Below are positions 41,701-49,883 of a DNA stretch of 64,000 nt, one piece after another. Source of the stretch: Verrucomicrobiota bacterium. Lineage in GTDB: Bacteria; Verrucomicrobiota; Verrucomicrobiia; Limisphaerales; JAEYXS01. The stretch covers positions 43-64,042 of the forward strand of contig JAEYXS010000078.1 of assembly GCA_023431185.1 (NCBI GenBank), written 5' to 3'. The translations under genes were made by a program, and so were the position numbers. Numbering within the stretch: the first letter of the stretch is position 1; every line of letters starts with the position of its first letter. The notes below the pieces were generated by a model. That model was not told where the DNA came from and ran no database searches. It saw only the letters and a list, made by a program, of their open reading frames with translations.

Positions 41701-41985
41701 CTGGCGGAAGCGGCGCTACAAGCGCACACGGGCAATGTGAATGAGGCGGTGGCGATGATGGCAGAGCGGGTGCTGGCGCGTCCGCTGGCAAGCAAAGAAC
41801 GTAGTGTGGTGAAAGATACGTTGCGTGAAGCGCAGGAGTACTACACCGGCAAGCCGGAAGAGGCGCAGAAACTCATCACGTACGGGGAATCGAAACCGGA
41901 TGCGACGCTGAATGCATCTGCGCTCGCGGCACTGACGATGGTGGCGAACCAGTTGATGAACCTGGATGAGGTGTTGAACAAGTAA
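38776..41985 (+). CDS. Planctomycete-cytochrome-C / DUF1549 / LamG-like / DUF1553 protein
   Basis: ATG 38776 gives a signal peptide. 'CTACH' and 'CAACH' CxxCH motifs. 'RRVTLDLTGLPPTPDEV'. The LamG-like insert (about 40091..40720) has 'FSYGAWVF...RWQHLFVSYDG...IFVDGE'. C-terminal 'NLDEVLNK'. Confidence 0.9.
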   Translation: MKWSQELSKRMALIAVLVAAGATAQAAEARKGAVEFNRDIRPLLSEYCTACHGPDTAARKADMRLDTKAGLFKETKSEGPVVKPGNPKDSALWQRMITTDEDDVMPPKKSNKVMKPEEKELIRQWIQAGAPWQDHWAFIAPERPEAPKVKNTKWVKNPIDAFVLAKLDEKGLKPADEADKRTLARRVTLDLTGLPPTPDEVEAFVKDKSKDAYEKLVARLLESPAYGEHRARYWLDAARYADTHGLHFDNYREMWPYRDWVIKAFNQNMPFDQFTIEQIAGDLLENPTQDQQVATGFHRCNMTTNEGGTIVEENLANYANDRVSTTSWVWLGLTANCAACHDHKFDPVTMKDFYAMAAFFRNTQQGGLDGNVKDSNPSITVIDDPKDYARWLELPKAIEAAKKNVEAKRKEAEPQFAKWVGGLKAEDIQRELSAKDIAFHADLDDGNTNEVTAVVLGKEQKFQPKGSLELAPEGRPTRGIALKKGVTVEFPEAGDFDHKQAFSYGAWVFIPKDYNETAAIFSRMDEKDNYRGWDLWIQQGQFATHIVSQWPDNAIKLKTTKRVAKKGRWQHLFVSYDGSGKPEGIKIFVDGEAQALETENGKGITGSIRTKVPFKLAQRSGGAHLDGLGLQDVRLYARELNPAEVSALANFSTLQKLLATPVEKWKPEQKKPIFDYYLATKSEPFKAAQMAQANLEKEREGIRLKYPVTHVQMEKKDMMPVANILFRGQYDQPRDKVEAAPFGFLNALPEGAPKNRLGLAKWLVAKENPLTARVTVNRFWQELFGTGLVKTTEDLGVVGELPVNQELLDWLAVEFQASGWDVKKLFTLMVTSSAYRQSAQTTPQKLERDPANRYLSRGPRFRMDAEMVRDYALATSGLLAKKVGGPSVKPYQPPGVWEAVAMPESNTRNYKRDSGEALYRRSMYTFWKRAAPPATMDVFNAPSREVSCTRRERTNTPLQALATMNDPQFVEAARKLAEAALQAHTGNVNEAVAMMAERVLARPLASKERSVVKDTLREAQEYYTGKPEEAQKLITYGESKPDATLNASALAALTMVANQLMNLDEVLNK

Positions 41986-41990
41986 GACGT

Positions 41991-43448
41991 ATGAATCCTT
42001 TCAACGATTATCTTAAATACGAATCGCGCCGCCAGTTCCTGTCACGCGGCAAGAACGCGATCGGTTTTGCGGCCTTGACGAGTCTGCTGGGCAACCACTT
42101 CTCCGCATGGGCAGCCGGTGGTAGCGAGTTGCCGGACAAGCTGCCGCACTTCGCACCGAAGGCGAAGCGGGTGATCTATCTGCACATGGTGGGCGGGCCG
42201 GCACAGATGGATACTTATGATTACAAGCCGGGCATGGCGGAGTGGTATGACAAGGATTTGCCGGACTCGATCCGCAAGGGGCAGCGGCTGACGACGATGA
42301 CATCTGGGCAGGCGCGGTTTCCGATCGCGCCGTCGAAGTTCAAGTTCGCGCAGCATGGCAAGAGCGGCATGTGGGTGACGGAGCTGTTACCGCAGACGGC
42401 GAAGTGCGTGGATGACATGTGCTTCATCCGCTCGATGCACACGGAGGCGATCAATCACGAGCCCGCCATCTCCTACATGCAGACGGGCAACATGAACTCG
42501 GGCCGGCCATGCATCGGTTCTTGGGCGAGCTACGGTCTGGGGGCGATGAACAGCAACCTGCCGACCTTTGTGGTGTTGGTGGCCGAGCCGACGAACAAGG
42601 AGCAGATCCAGGCCATCTCGGCCAGGTTGTGGTCGAGTGGTTTTCTGCCGGGAGAGCATGCGGGCGTTTCTTTCCGCAGCAGTGGGGATCCGATCCTGTT
42701 CATCAACAATCCGCCGGGGGTGCCGCCGGAGCTGCGGCGCAAGCAACTCGACGGGTTACGGAAACTCAACGAGATGAATTTCAAGCAAGTGGGCGATCCG
42801 GAGACACACACGCGCATCCAGCAGTTCGAGATGGCGTTCCGCATGCAGGCGAGTGTGCCGGAATTGACGGACCTGAGCGCTGAACCGGAATCGACCTACA
42901 AACTGTATGGAGATGAGGCGAAGAAGCCGGGCAGCTTTGCGGCGACGTGCCTGCTCTCACGGCGGTTGCTGGAGCGCGGGGTGCGCTTCGTGCAGGTTTA
43001 TCTTAACAACTGGGATCATCACTCGAACGTGGGCGGACGGTTGCCGATGCAGTGCAAGGACATCGACCAGGCGACGTATGGGCTGATCCATGACTTGAAG
43101 GCGCGCGGGATGTTCGACGATACGTTGATCATCTGGGGTGGCGAATTTGGACGGACGATCTACAGTCAGGGTGGGTTATCGAAGGAGAATTACGGGCGCG
43201 ATCATCATCCGCGCTGCTTCACGATGTGGATGGCGGGGGGCGGTTCCAAGGGCGGGACGATCTACGGTGAGACGGATGAGTTCAGCTACAACATCGTGAA
43301 AGACCCGGTGCATATCCGGGATTTCCACGCGACGGTGCTGCATCTGCTGGGGGTGGATCACCAGCGGTTCACTTACAAGTACCAGGGGTTGGACCAGCGC
43401 CTGACGGGAGTGGAGGAGGCGCATGTGATCAAGGAACTGGTGGGGTAG
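41991..43448 (+). CDS. DUF1501 protein with Tat signal
   Basis: 'ESRRQFLSRG'; 'YLHMVGGPAQMDTYDYKP', 'NWDHHSN', 'GEFGRT', 'GRDHH'. Starts 5 nt after the upstream stop. Confidence 0.9.
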   Translation: MNPFNDYLKYESRRQFLSRGKNAIGFAALTSLLGNHFSAWAAGGSELPDKLPHFAPKAKRVIYLHMVGGPAQMDTYDYKPGMAEWYDKDLPDSIRKGQRLTTMTSGQARFPIAPSKFKFAQHGKSGMWVTELLPQTAKCVDDMCFIRSMHTEAINHEPAISYMQTGNMNSGRPCIGSWASYGLGAMNSNLPTFVVLVAEPTNKEQIQAISARLWSSGFLPGEHAGVSFRSSGDPILFINNPPGVPPELRRKQLDGLRKLNEMNFKQVGDPETHTRIQQFEMAFRMQASVPELTDLSAEPESTYKLYGDEAKKPGSFAATCLLSRRLLERGVRFVQVYLNNWDHHSNVGGRLPMQCKDIDQATYGLIHDLKARGMFDDTLIIWGGEFGRTIYSQGGLSKENYGRDHHPRCFTMWMAGGGSKGGTIYGETDEFSYNIVKDPVHIRDFHATVLHLLGVDHQRFTYKYQGLDQRLTGVEEAHVIKELVG

Positions 43449-43611
43449 ATGGCTTGGGTATTGGAAGAACCGGCGCAGAACCGGTAGAAGCTGCTGCCGA
43501 CGCCCAAGGGTTTTGCCTGCATACCTTTGGAGCATGCGCAGTGCGAAGTGCAGGTGACCTTCCCCCGAAAGAGTGGACATCTGGGGGCAAGTGAGGCGGA
43601 GAAAGAGCGGT

Positions 43612-44886
43612 TTAGATTTCCGTCCAAGAGGTGACGATGAAGCCGCGGTTCAGATTGATACGACCCAAGTTCTCATCGTAGTGAAAATTGAAGTTGCCGT
43701 TCATCTGCGCGGACTTGGTGACACTGGCCCCGGTCATGTCTTCGAGGCTGCTGTTGCCACCGCCATTCATGGTGAAATTGGCGTTGGGTGCATAAATGAC
43801 TCCCGTAAAGGCCCCGTTGCCATTGATGGTCAACGAAGTGTTTGCCGGAGTTCCCCAGTAAAAAAAGTTGGTGGCATTGCCTGCCTGATTCACCACGCCT
43901 TGGCCGGTGATCTTCGCGTTGGCACCGGCCATGTAAAGATTGAGGGTGGCCCCAGGCTGGATGGTGATGGTATCCTGACCGGTCATGTTGATCTCGGTTT
44001 CCACGATCAGCCGGGCCTGCACGTTGCTTTTTACCAGCATGTTGCCCGTCAGGCTGGAGATGCGGTAGTCACCGCTGGAACTGATGACATACTGGTAGCC
44101 GGCGGCGTTGCCGGGGGTGAAGCCGCCACCATAGGGCAGCACCACGTCGGGAAAAGCGACGTTCATGTCGTCGCTGAAATAGCCGGGCTGGATGCCGCTG
44201 GTGCCGGAAGCTTGCCAGGCGAGATCACCCACCGCGCCGTTGTTGATGCCTACGGAACCGCCGGGGCCGGTGGAGACACGGCCGTAGATATTGGCATTGC
44301 CGGTGGAGAGGGCGTTAATGATGCCGGAGTTGGTCGCCACATCCCCGTTGGCTTTGCGCCGGCTGAGGAGGTAGAGGCCGTTGGTGCTGTAGTTGGGGTC
44401 GGCGGAGTCGAAGCTGTCCACGACGATGTTTTGGCCGTTCAGCGTGATCTGCCCCTTGGCGACCATGCCTTTGGAGAACATGCCGTCGCGCTTGGTCTCT
44501 ACGCGTACCACGCGGCGGATGACGTCACCACTCAAAGGAGCCTTCATGAAGGCGCTGGAATAGATCACCGGGGTGATGCCATTGGAGATGACGATCAAGG
44601 TGGAGCCGCTGCCCATGGTCCGCCATTTGAAGCAACCTTGGGCTGAGGCAAACCAGCCGTTGGAGACCAGATTGGTACCTTTGGTCTGGTAGAGATGGGC
44701 GAGGGCCTCCTCGATGCCGCCCTCGAGCACCGGGATGCAAGTGTTCCAGGTCTGGGAGCGCGCGATCGACTGGTTCTGTGCGTTGACCAGATTGAGGTAG
44801 GCCGCCAGCATGAAGCCGAGGACGAAGCTGGCGAGCAAAACCCCGATGATGACGGAGCCTTGGTGGCGCTGCGGGCGGATGATCAT
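43612..44886 (-). CDS. PilX-N-like pilus/pseudopilus-associated protein (paralog of 53954..55567)
   Basis: N-terminal anchor 'GSVIIGVLLASFVLGFMLAAYL', 'RSQTWNTCIPVLEGGIEEALAHL', Gly/Asn-rich beta region, and the ending 'NFHYDENLG...SWTEI'. Confidence 0.75.
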   Translation of the reverse strand: MIIRPQRHQGSVIIGVLLASFVLGFMLAAYLNLVNAQNQSIARSQTWNTCIPVLEGGIEEALAHLYQTKGTNLVSNGWFASAQGCFKWRTMGSGSTLIVISNGITPVIYSSAFMKAPLSGDVIRRVVRVETKRDGMFSKGMVAKGQITLNGQNIVVDSFDSADPNYSTNGLYLLSRRKANGDVATNSGIINALSTGNANIYGRVSTGPGGSVGINNGAVGDLAWQASGTSGIQPGYFSDDMNVAFPDVVLPYGGGFTPGNAAGYQYVISSSGDYRISSLTGNMLVKSNVQARLIVETEINMTGQDTITIQPGATLNLYMAGANAKITGQGVVNQAGNATNFFYWGTPANTSLTINGNGAFTGVIYAPNANFTMNGGGNSSLEDMTGASVTKSAQMNGNFNFHYDENLGRINLNRGFIVTSWTEI

Positions 44887-44908
44887 AGTGTCTCAGTGAC
44901 CGATATTT

Positions 44909-45364
44909 TTAGAAAATGTAATTCTGCAAGCCGTAGCGGGAGATCATAGTCCGCATCTCGCGGCGATGGACGATATTGCCGGAGTTCCAATTTACGGTGA
45001 CCACCACCTGACGCATATCGGACGCATAGCTCTCGTTAAAGCTGACGTTCGTGATGGTCAGGGTGCCCCGGTATTGGAGTCCGCTGCCGCCATCGGCGGG
45101 CCAGAATGGCGCGGTGAAATTCGCCGGCACGAAGCCGCTCGTGTTGACCTGGTCCCAACTGTATAGCCGGATGGTCTCCATCTTCTCCAGCATCACCTGG
45201 GTGGCGCGCAGGTTCTCCCGGGCGTTACGGATGATCGCGAGGCCAGAACTGATGCCCGCGTACAGGGAGACGAAGAGGATGCCGAAGATGGCCATGCCGA
45301 TCATCGTCTCGATCAATGTCATGGCCCGTTGGGATGGGCGGGCGGTCTTGAATGTCAGTTTCAT
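44909..45364 (-). CDS. Prepilin-type N-terminal domain protein (pseudopilin; paralog of 52910..53422)
   Basis: 'QRAMTLIETMIGMAIFGILFVSLYAG' is a class-III signal-like motif with Glu at +5. Confidence 0.8.
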   Translation of the reverse strand: MKLTFKTARPSQRAMTLIETMIGMAIFGILFVSLYAGISSGLAIIRNARENLRATQVMLEKMETIRLYSWDQVNTSGFVPANFTAPFWPADGGSGLQYRGTLTITNVSFNESYASDMRQVVVTVNWNSGNIVHRREMRTMISRYGLQNYIF

Positions 45365-45405
45365 GGGCGGTCGGGCATATCTGATACCAATCTGATTGCT
45401 AGTTT

Positions 45406-45421
45406 AGCAGGCGGCTTGCCA
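45406..45421 (-). promoter_or_regulatory. Candidate sigma-54 (-24/-12) promoter
   Basis: The reverse strand reads TGGCAAGCCGCCTGCT, with GG and GC at the canonical spacing, about 40 nt upstream of ATG 45364. Confidence 0.45.
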
Positions 45422-45736
45422 CGATGGATGCTGTTCCATGAAAATGGACGGGAGGGTAAATAATCTTTTTCAGATAGTGCTGAAAGGGGGTGGTTTTATA
45501 ATGCTTTTTGATTCTATTCGCAGAGCATAGTTTGTAATTGGAGGTGTCGGATGCTTAAGGAAGCATTTCAACAGCAGTTTCTTGGGGCGCGATTGCCAAG
45601 TTGATTCGGCCGTTCTGGGTGGTGTCTGTATGTAAAGTAAATGGTCGTGTCCTGTTTTGGTGCATTATATAAATTTCAACGGAATACACTTTTCAGACGG
45701 CCTCGGCTTCTTAGATTCTGGCCGCACAGATTACTG

Positions 45737-46372
45737 ATGCAATCACAGCGCGAAGAGTATTATCTTTTAGTGGACGGCGAATCCGCCGGTCCCTATACGC
45801 TCGCTGACCTGCACCAGATGTGGATGGACGACAAGATCACCTTGGATACGTTGTTCGTCCGGCCTGGGATGCGCAAATGCCAGCCCATCAATCTGATCTT
45901 GGGCATGGTGATCAATTACCATGCAGCCCAGCCGGTGGAAGTGAAGCCGGTAGTGGAGGCAGAGGAGCATCCGTTGTCACCTTTCAAAGGGGTTCTGCGT
46001 TGGGGCTTGATGGGCTTGTGCTTGGTTGTGTTCATCTGGCTGATCGGTCCCGGGCGGAGCGACAGCGAATACAAATCGGACATCATGCGGGGCATGGTGG
46101 TGGTGAAACCGGCTGATTTGCATGTCTTCAACGAAAGCGAGTTTGAGTGGCAGGAAGTGTATGTGCACCTGAATGGCCAGCCACCCGGCGGTTATAAACG
46201 GAAATTGAGCAGCTTGCCGCCGGGCATGGGTAAAGACATCACGCTCTTGGAATTTACGGACGTCAGCGGGGCGTCTTTTGAGCCTTGGCGCATGAGTGTC
46301 ACCGAGGTTTGGGTCGGCAACGAGAAGATCGGCTACCGTACTTTCCGGGTTCGTCCGCTGCCTCTGCAGTAA
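45737..46372 (+). CDS. GYF_2 (DUF4339)-like domain / single-TM protein
   Basis: ATG 45737. 'YYLLVDGESAGPYTLADLHQMWMDDKITLDTLFVRPGM'. TM segment 'WGLMGLCLVVFIWLIGP'. The C-terminal ~100 aa are of unknown function. Confidence 0.6.
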   Translation: MQSQREEYYLLVDGESAGPYTLADLHQMWMDDKITLDTLFVRPGMRKCQPINLILGMVINYHAAQPVEVKPVVEAEEHPLSPFKGVLRWGLMGLCLVVFIWLIGPGRSDSEYKSDIMRGMVVVKPADLHVFNESEFEWQEVYVHLNGQPPGGYKRKLSSLPPGMGKDITLLEFTDVSGASFEPWRMSVTEVWVGNEKIGYRTFRVRPLPLQ

Positions 46373-46506
46373 GCCGGTTCTCACCGTTAAACAACCCGTC
46401 TTTGGCAAAAAAAGGCCGTAATCCGGGCTGCTTGGTATTATTCTTTATCTGTTTGCCAGTTTTAAGAATGGCCTGCACTCTGCTGGATGTCAGGCTGCTT
46501 ACAGGT

Positions 46507-47124
46507 ATGGTGGCGCATCTTTTTCAAAGACAAGGCTTCAGACTGCATGCTTGGCCGGCCAAGGCAGGCTGGCTGGTGTGCGCTTTGGCTTTCGCGCTGT
46601 CAGGGGCCAGCACCCAGGCCCAGGAGGCGACTACCAATGCCACACCGGCGAAACCAGTGCAGTTGCAAGCCAACGATAACGGGAAGGGCAACGGCAACAA
46701 CGGGAACAACGGGAACAACGGCAAGGCCAAGGGAAAAAACAAACCCACGGTGGCAGAGCGGCCGCAAGTCCTCGGGGCCCAAGGCAGTCCCGCTGAAAAA
46801 GGAAAGCCGGAGCGTCCGGGTAATCCGAACCCCACGGACCCGGCCGAGGTCACCAGCCAGATCTCCCGGTTTCAGTCCGCCCGGGCGGAATTTTTGGCGG
46901 CTCAAAAAGAGCTGAACCTGCAGAAGAAGGACGCCACCGAAGAACAACGGGCCGTCCTGCGTGAAAAGGTCAAGGAAGCGCTGGAGAAGTGGAAGGAAGA
47001 ACACAAGCAGTTCGCGGAAGAGCAGAAGGAGCGCAGCAAGGAGATGAAGCTGGAGCTGCACCCTGACTTGGGGAAAGTGGTGGATGGAGCTGGTGGAGGT
47101 GGAGGCAACGGCCGCGACCGTTAG
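46507..47124 (+). CDS. Secreted low-complexity / coiled-coil protein
   Basis: Signal 'WLVCALAFALSGASTQAQ' (alternative ATG 46468). 'NGKGNGNNGNNGNNGKAKGKNK'. Charged helix 'EEQRAVLREKVKEALEKWKEEHKQFAEEQKE'. Confidence 0.6.
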   Translation: MVAHLFQRQGFRLHAWPAKAGWLVCALAFALSGASTQAQEATTNATPAKPVQLQANDNGKGNGNNGNNGNNGKAKGKNKPTVAERPQVLGAQGSPAEKGKPERPGNPNPTDPAEVTSQISRFQSARAEFLAAQKELNLQKKDATEEQRAVLREKVKEALEKWKEEHKQFAEEQKERSKEMKLELHPDLGKVVDGAGGGGGNGRDR

Positions 47125-47141
47125 GTCAACGGGGCAAGCAC

Positions 47142-48293
47142 ATGACGGGAGACGCCAAACGCCGCCTGGCTCAGAAGCCTGAAAGAATCGTCCGCTTTAT
47201 TATTCTGGGCATCGTTTCTTTTTCTTCAATCGCCGGGTTCGCCGCCGAGGATGAACTGGACCTCAAAGAGCCTTCGATCTGGAGTCATTTCATCGATCTG
47301 CGTACTGAGGCGGGCTATCGTGACAACCCGACATATGCTGCTTCCTACCCGGAGGGCAGCACTTTTGGTGCGATCAAGCTTGAATACACGCTGGCCAGAT
47401 TGCCCGTTGATGCATGGCAGGTCATGGTGTTGACGACGTTGGATGCGACGCGTTTTTTCGACAGCCATTTATCCGACCATGAAATTTATGGCTTCAGTCT
47501 TTTTCAGGTCCAAAAGGAAACCTTGCCGGGATGCCACTGGGAGGCGGGTTTGCAGCATGTATATCAGGACCAGACCATTGACGCCTCAACGACGGTGTTG
47601 AACCAGGGCTCGGTTGCCATCCATGGAAATACTGTTCAAGGCTATGGGCGATGGAAGCAGCAATGGCATTCCGGATGGTGGCTGGCGGCAAAACCGGAGT
47701 TGGAATGGCAGACCGTGGCTGCCCCGTTGGACGGTTCGATTGAATCAGGGTTCACGTTTTCACTGGGACTGGATCAGGGGGCTCGTACCGCGTACTCCAT
47801 AAATTATGGTTTTTGTGAACGGGTATTCGACGAGTTGACAACCACTGATGCATTGGGCGTGGCCTTACTTGGGAATGCGTTGCGCTTTCGGCAGCATAGT
47901 ATCGAAGCTATCTATCGCCGGGAACTGGATGCAGCCAGGCTCTGGCGGTTCACACTCCGGGCAGGTTGGTTACGAAATCAGGACAATGGACAGGGATATT
48001 ATGACTACGACAGGGGCCGAATGGCCCTAGATGTTAGGTGGCGTAAGAAACCTTGGGAAATAAAGCTTTATAGCCGTGCCTCATATTATGATTATAGTGT
48101 CCAGACGATAGCGGGTGTGGGCAGTGATTTGCGGGCAAAAGGGTTGCTCAGTGCCGGCTTGCAAGTGCGACGTGATTTGAAACCAGGCTGGTACGTGGTA
48201 TTACGTGGAGAGCATGAGCAGTCGGTCTCCAATTTGACGGTGGATCGTTATGTGGCAAATCTGGTGAGCATCGGTTTGGGCTGGGAAAACTGA
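47142..48293 (+). CDS. Predicted outer-membrane beta-barrel protein
   Basis: Signal-like 'FIILGIVSFSSIAGFAAE'. About 14 amphipathic, aromatic-capped strands (for example 'WRFTLRAGWLRN', 'WEIKLYSRASYYDY', 'WYVVLRGEHEQ'). Confidence 0.6.
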   Translation: MTGDAKRRLAQKPERIVRFIILGIVSFSSIAGFAAEDELDLKEPSIWSHFIDLRTEAGYRDNPTYAASYPEGSTFGAIKLEYTLARLPVDAWQVMVLTTLDATRFFDSHLSDHEIYGFSLFQVQKETLPGCHWEAGLQHVYQDQTIDASTTVLNQGSVAIHGNTVQGYGRWKQQWHSGWWLAAKPELEWQTVAAPLDGSIESGFTFSLGLDQGARTAYSINYGFCERVFDELTTTDALGVALLGNALRFRQHSIEAIYRRELDAARLWRFTLRAGWLRNQDNGQGYYDYDRGRMALDVRWRKKPWEIKLYSRASYYDYSVQTIAGVGSDLRAKGLLSAGLQVRRDLKPGWYVVLRGEHEQSVSNLTVDRYVANLVSIGLGWEN

Positions 48294-49798
48294 TGGTTGA
48301 GTCAGTGTCAAACAATAGAGATAAACGGCACGGTATGCCTTCTGTGTCGCCAACTGGCAAATACAAGCGAACGCTGGAGCGGCGGCAACTAAACTGGTTG
48401 CCGGTGGCTTCCATTGCTTTGGCTTTGATCCTGCTGGCCGGGGCCATCGCGGCCGGCACCTGGCATTTACGTGACCGCCTCAGAACCCAGGCGGTGAAGA
48501 AAGATGGTGAGGTGATGAAGGCCGTGACGATGATGCAGTATCAGGCCGAGCAGGAGGTCGATCCGCAGTTCTCTTTGGCCGCGCCAGATTCCCAGTTCAT
48601 CGTCTCGCTGAAGGCTTCCTTTTTGCAAGGGGTCATGGGAACCCGCCTGTATGATGCCAAGGGAAATTTCGTCACCTCATTTCCGGAGAACGTGACGGAG
48701 CGAAAACTGGGCGAGCCGGAGTTGCGCCAGCTTCAGACAGTGGACCCGGCCGTGGGCGGGCTGGTTGCGCTTTCGGTCTTCCATCCGGCAAGGAATTTGG
48801 AGCTGGAATTTTTGTCCGATCCCCAGCGGCAGAGCCGAATCGCCCCGATCTTGGAAGTCACCATCCCATTCCATCAGAAGGATGAAACGCAACTGCTCGG
48901 CGTGGCGCAGATCATCATCGACGGACGCGCCAAGGCGGCGGAGTTCGCGCAGCTTGACCGGACACTGGCCACGCAAGCGGGGGTGTTGTTTCTCGTTTGC
49001 GGGGTGTTCATGACGGGTGGTTTGTCCTGGGCTTTCGCGCGGCTGGCCCGGACGAATGCGGAGCTGGCGGAAAGATCGGAAAGCCTGCTGAAGGCCAACC
49101 AGGAACTGGCGATGATGGCGCGTACTTCCGCGGTGGGTGCGGTGGCTGCCAATCTGATGCACGGTCTGAAAAGCCCGCTTTTTGGTCTGATCAATCTTTT
49201 CGCCGCGTGGCGCGCGGCTGACAACGTGGGGGAAAAGGTGGAGTGGAGCACAGCAGTGGACACGGCCCGGCGCATGCAGGCGATGGTGAACGGCGTGATG
49301 GATTTCGTGCGGGACCAGGAAGGGCTTAACGATCATGAGGTCTCCGTGGCGGAATTGCTCCAGTTGGTCGGTGAGAAGGTGACGCCTCTGGCTGAGCAGA
49401 GCCGGGTGCAGTTCCAATGCCAGGGCGAGGTGGATATGGTGTTGAATGCGCGGGTGAGCAACCTGCTGACTTTGATTTTGGTGAACCTGATCCAGAACGC
49501 GATCGAGGCGACCCCTTCGGGCCGGCAGGTGAGGCTGAGCGTCAAGCAGGCGGCCAAAGAGATCGAGTTTGAAGTGGCGGATGAGGGCGGCGGTTTGCGG
49601 CCGGAACTGGAAAGACAACTTTTCCAACCTTGCGAGTCGACGAAAGACGGCGGTAGCGGTCTGGGCCTGGCCATCTGCAAGCAATTGGCCAGGCATATCG
49701 GAGCGGAGCTGGATCTGCGGCGGAATTCGGCACAAGGCTGTGTGTTTGGTCTGCGGTTGCCGCCGGAATTGTTGCCTCCACGCAGCAGCACGGCCTAG
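48293..49798 (+). CDS. Sensor histidine kinase (2 TM, ~180-aa periplasmic domain)
   Basis: The ATG overlaps the upstream TGA (TGATG). H-box 'AANLMHGLKSPL'. 'NLIQNAIEA', 'DEGGGL', 'GGSGLGLAICK'. Confidence 0.85.
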   Translation: MVESVSNNRDKRHGMPSVSPTGKYKRTLERRQLNWLPVASIALALILLAGAIAAGTWHLRDRLRTQAVKKDGEVMKAVTMMQYQAEQEVDPQFSLAAPDSQFIVSLKASFLQGVMGTRLYDAKGNFVTSFPENVTERKLGEPELRQLQTVDPAVGGLVALSVFHPARNLELEFLSDPQRQSRIAPILEVTIPFHQKDETQLLGVAQIIIDGRAKAAEFAQLDRTLATQAGVLFLVCGVFMTGGLSWAFARLARTNAELAERSESLLKANQELAMMARTSAVGAVAANLMHGLKSPLFGLINLFAAWRAADNVGEKVEWSTAVDTARRMQAMVNGVMDFVRDQEGLNDHEVSVAELLQLVGEKVTPLAEQSRVQFQCQGEVDMVLNARVSNLLTLILVNLIQNAIEATPSGRQVRLSVKQAAKEIEFEVADEGGGLRPELERQLFQPCESTKDGGSGLGLAICKQLARHIGAELDLRRNSAQGCVFGLRLPPELLPPRSSTA

Positions 49799-49883
49799 TG
49801 CCGTTGAGGATTTTTTTGTTGTGGTCGGAAAAGCGACAGTATTCGGGAGGCAGACAGGGCGCACACTTTTGGGTGTTGTGCTC

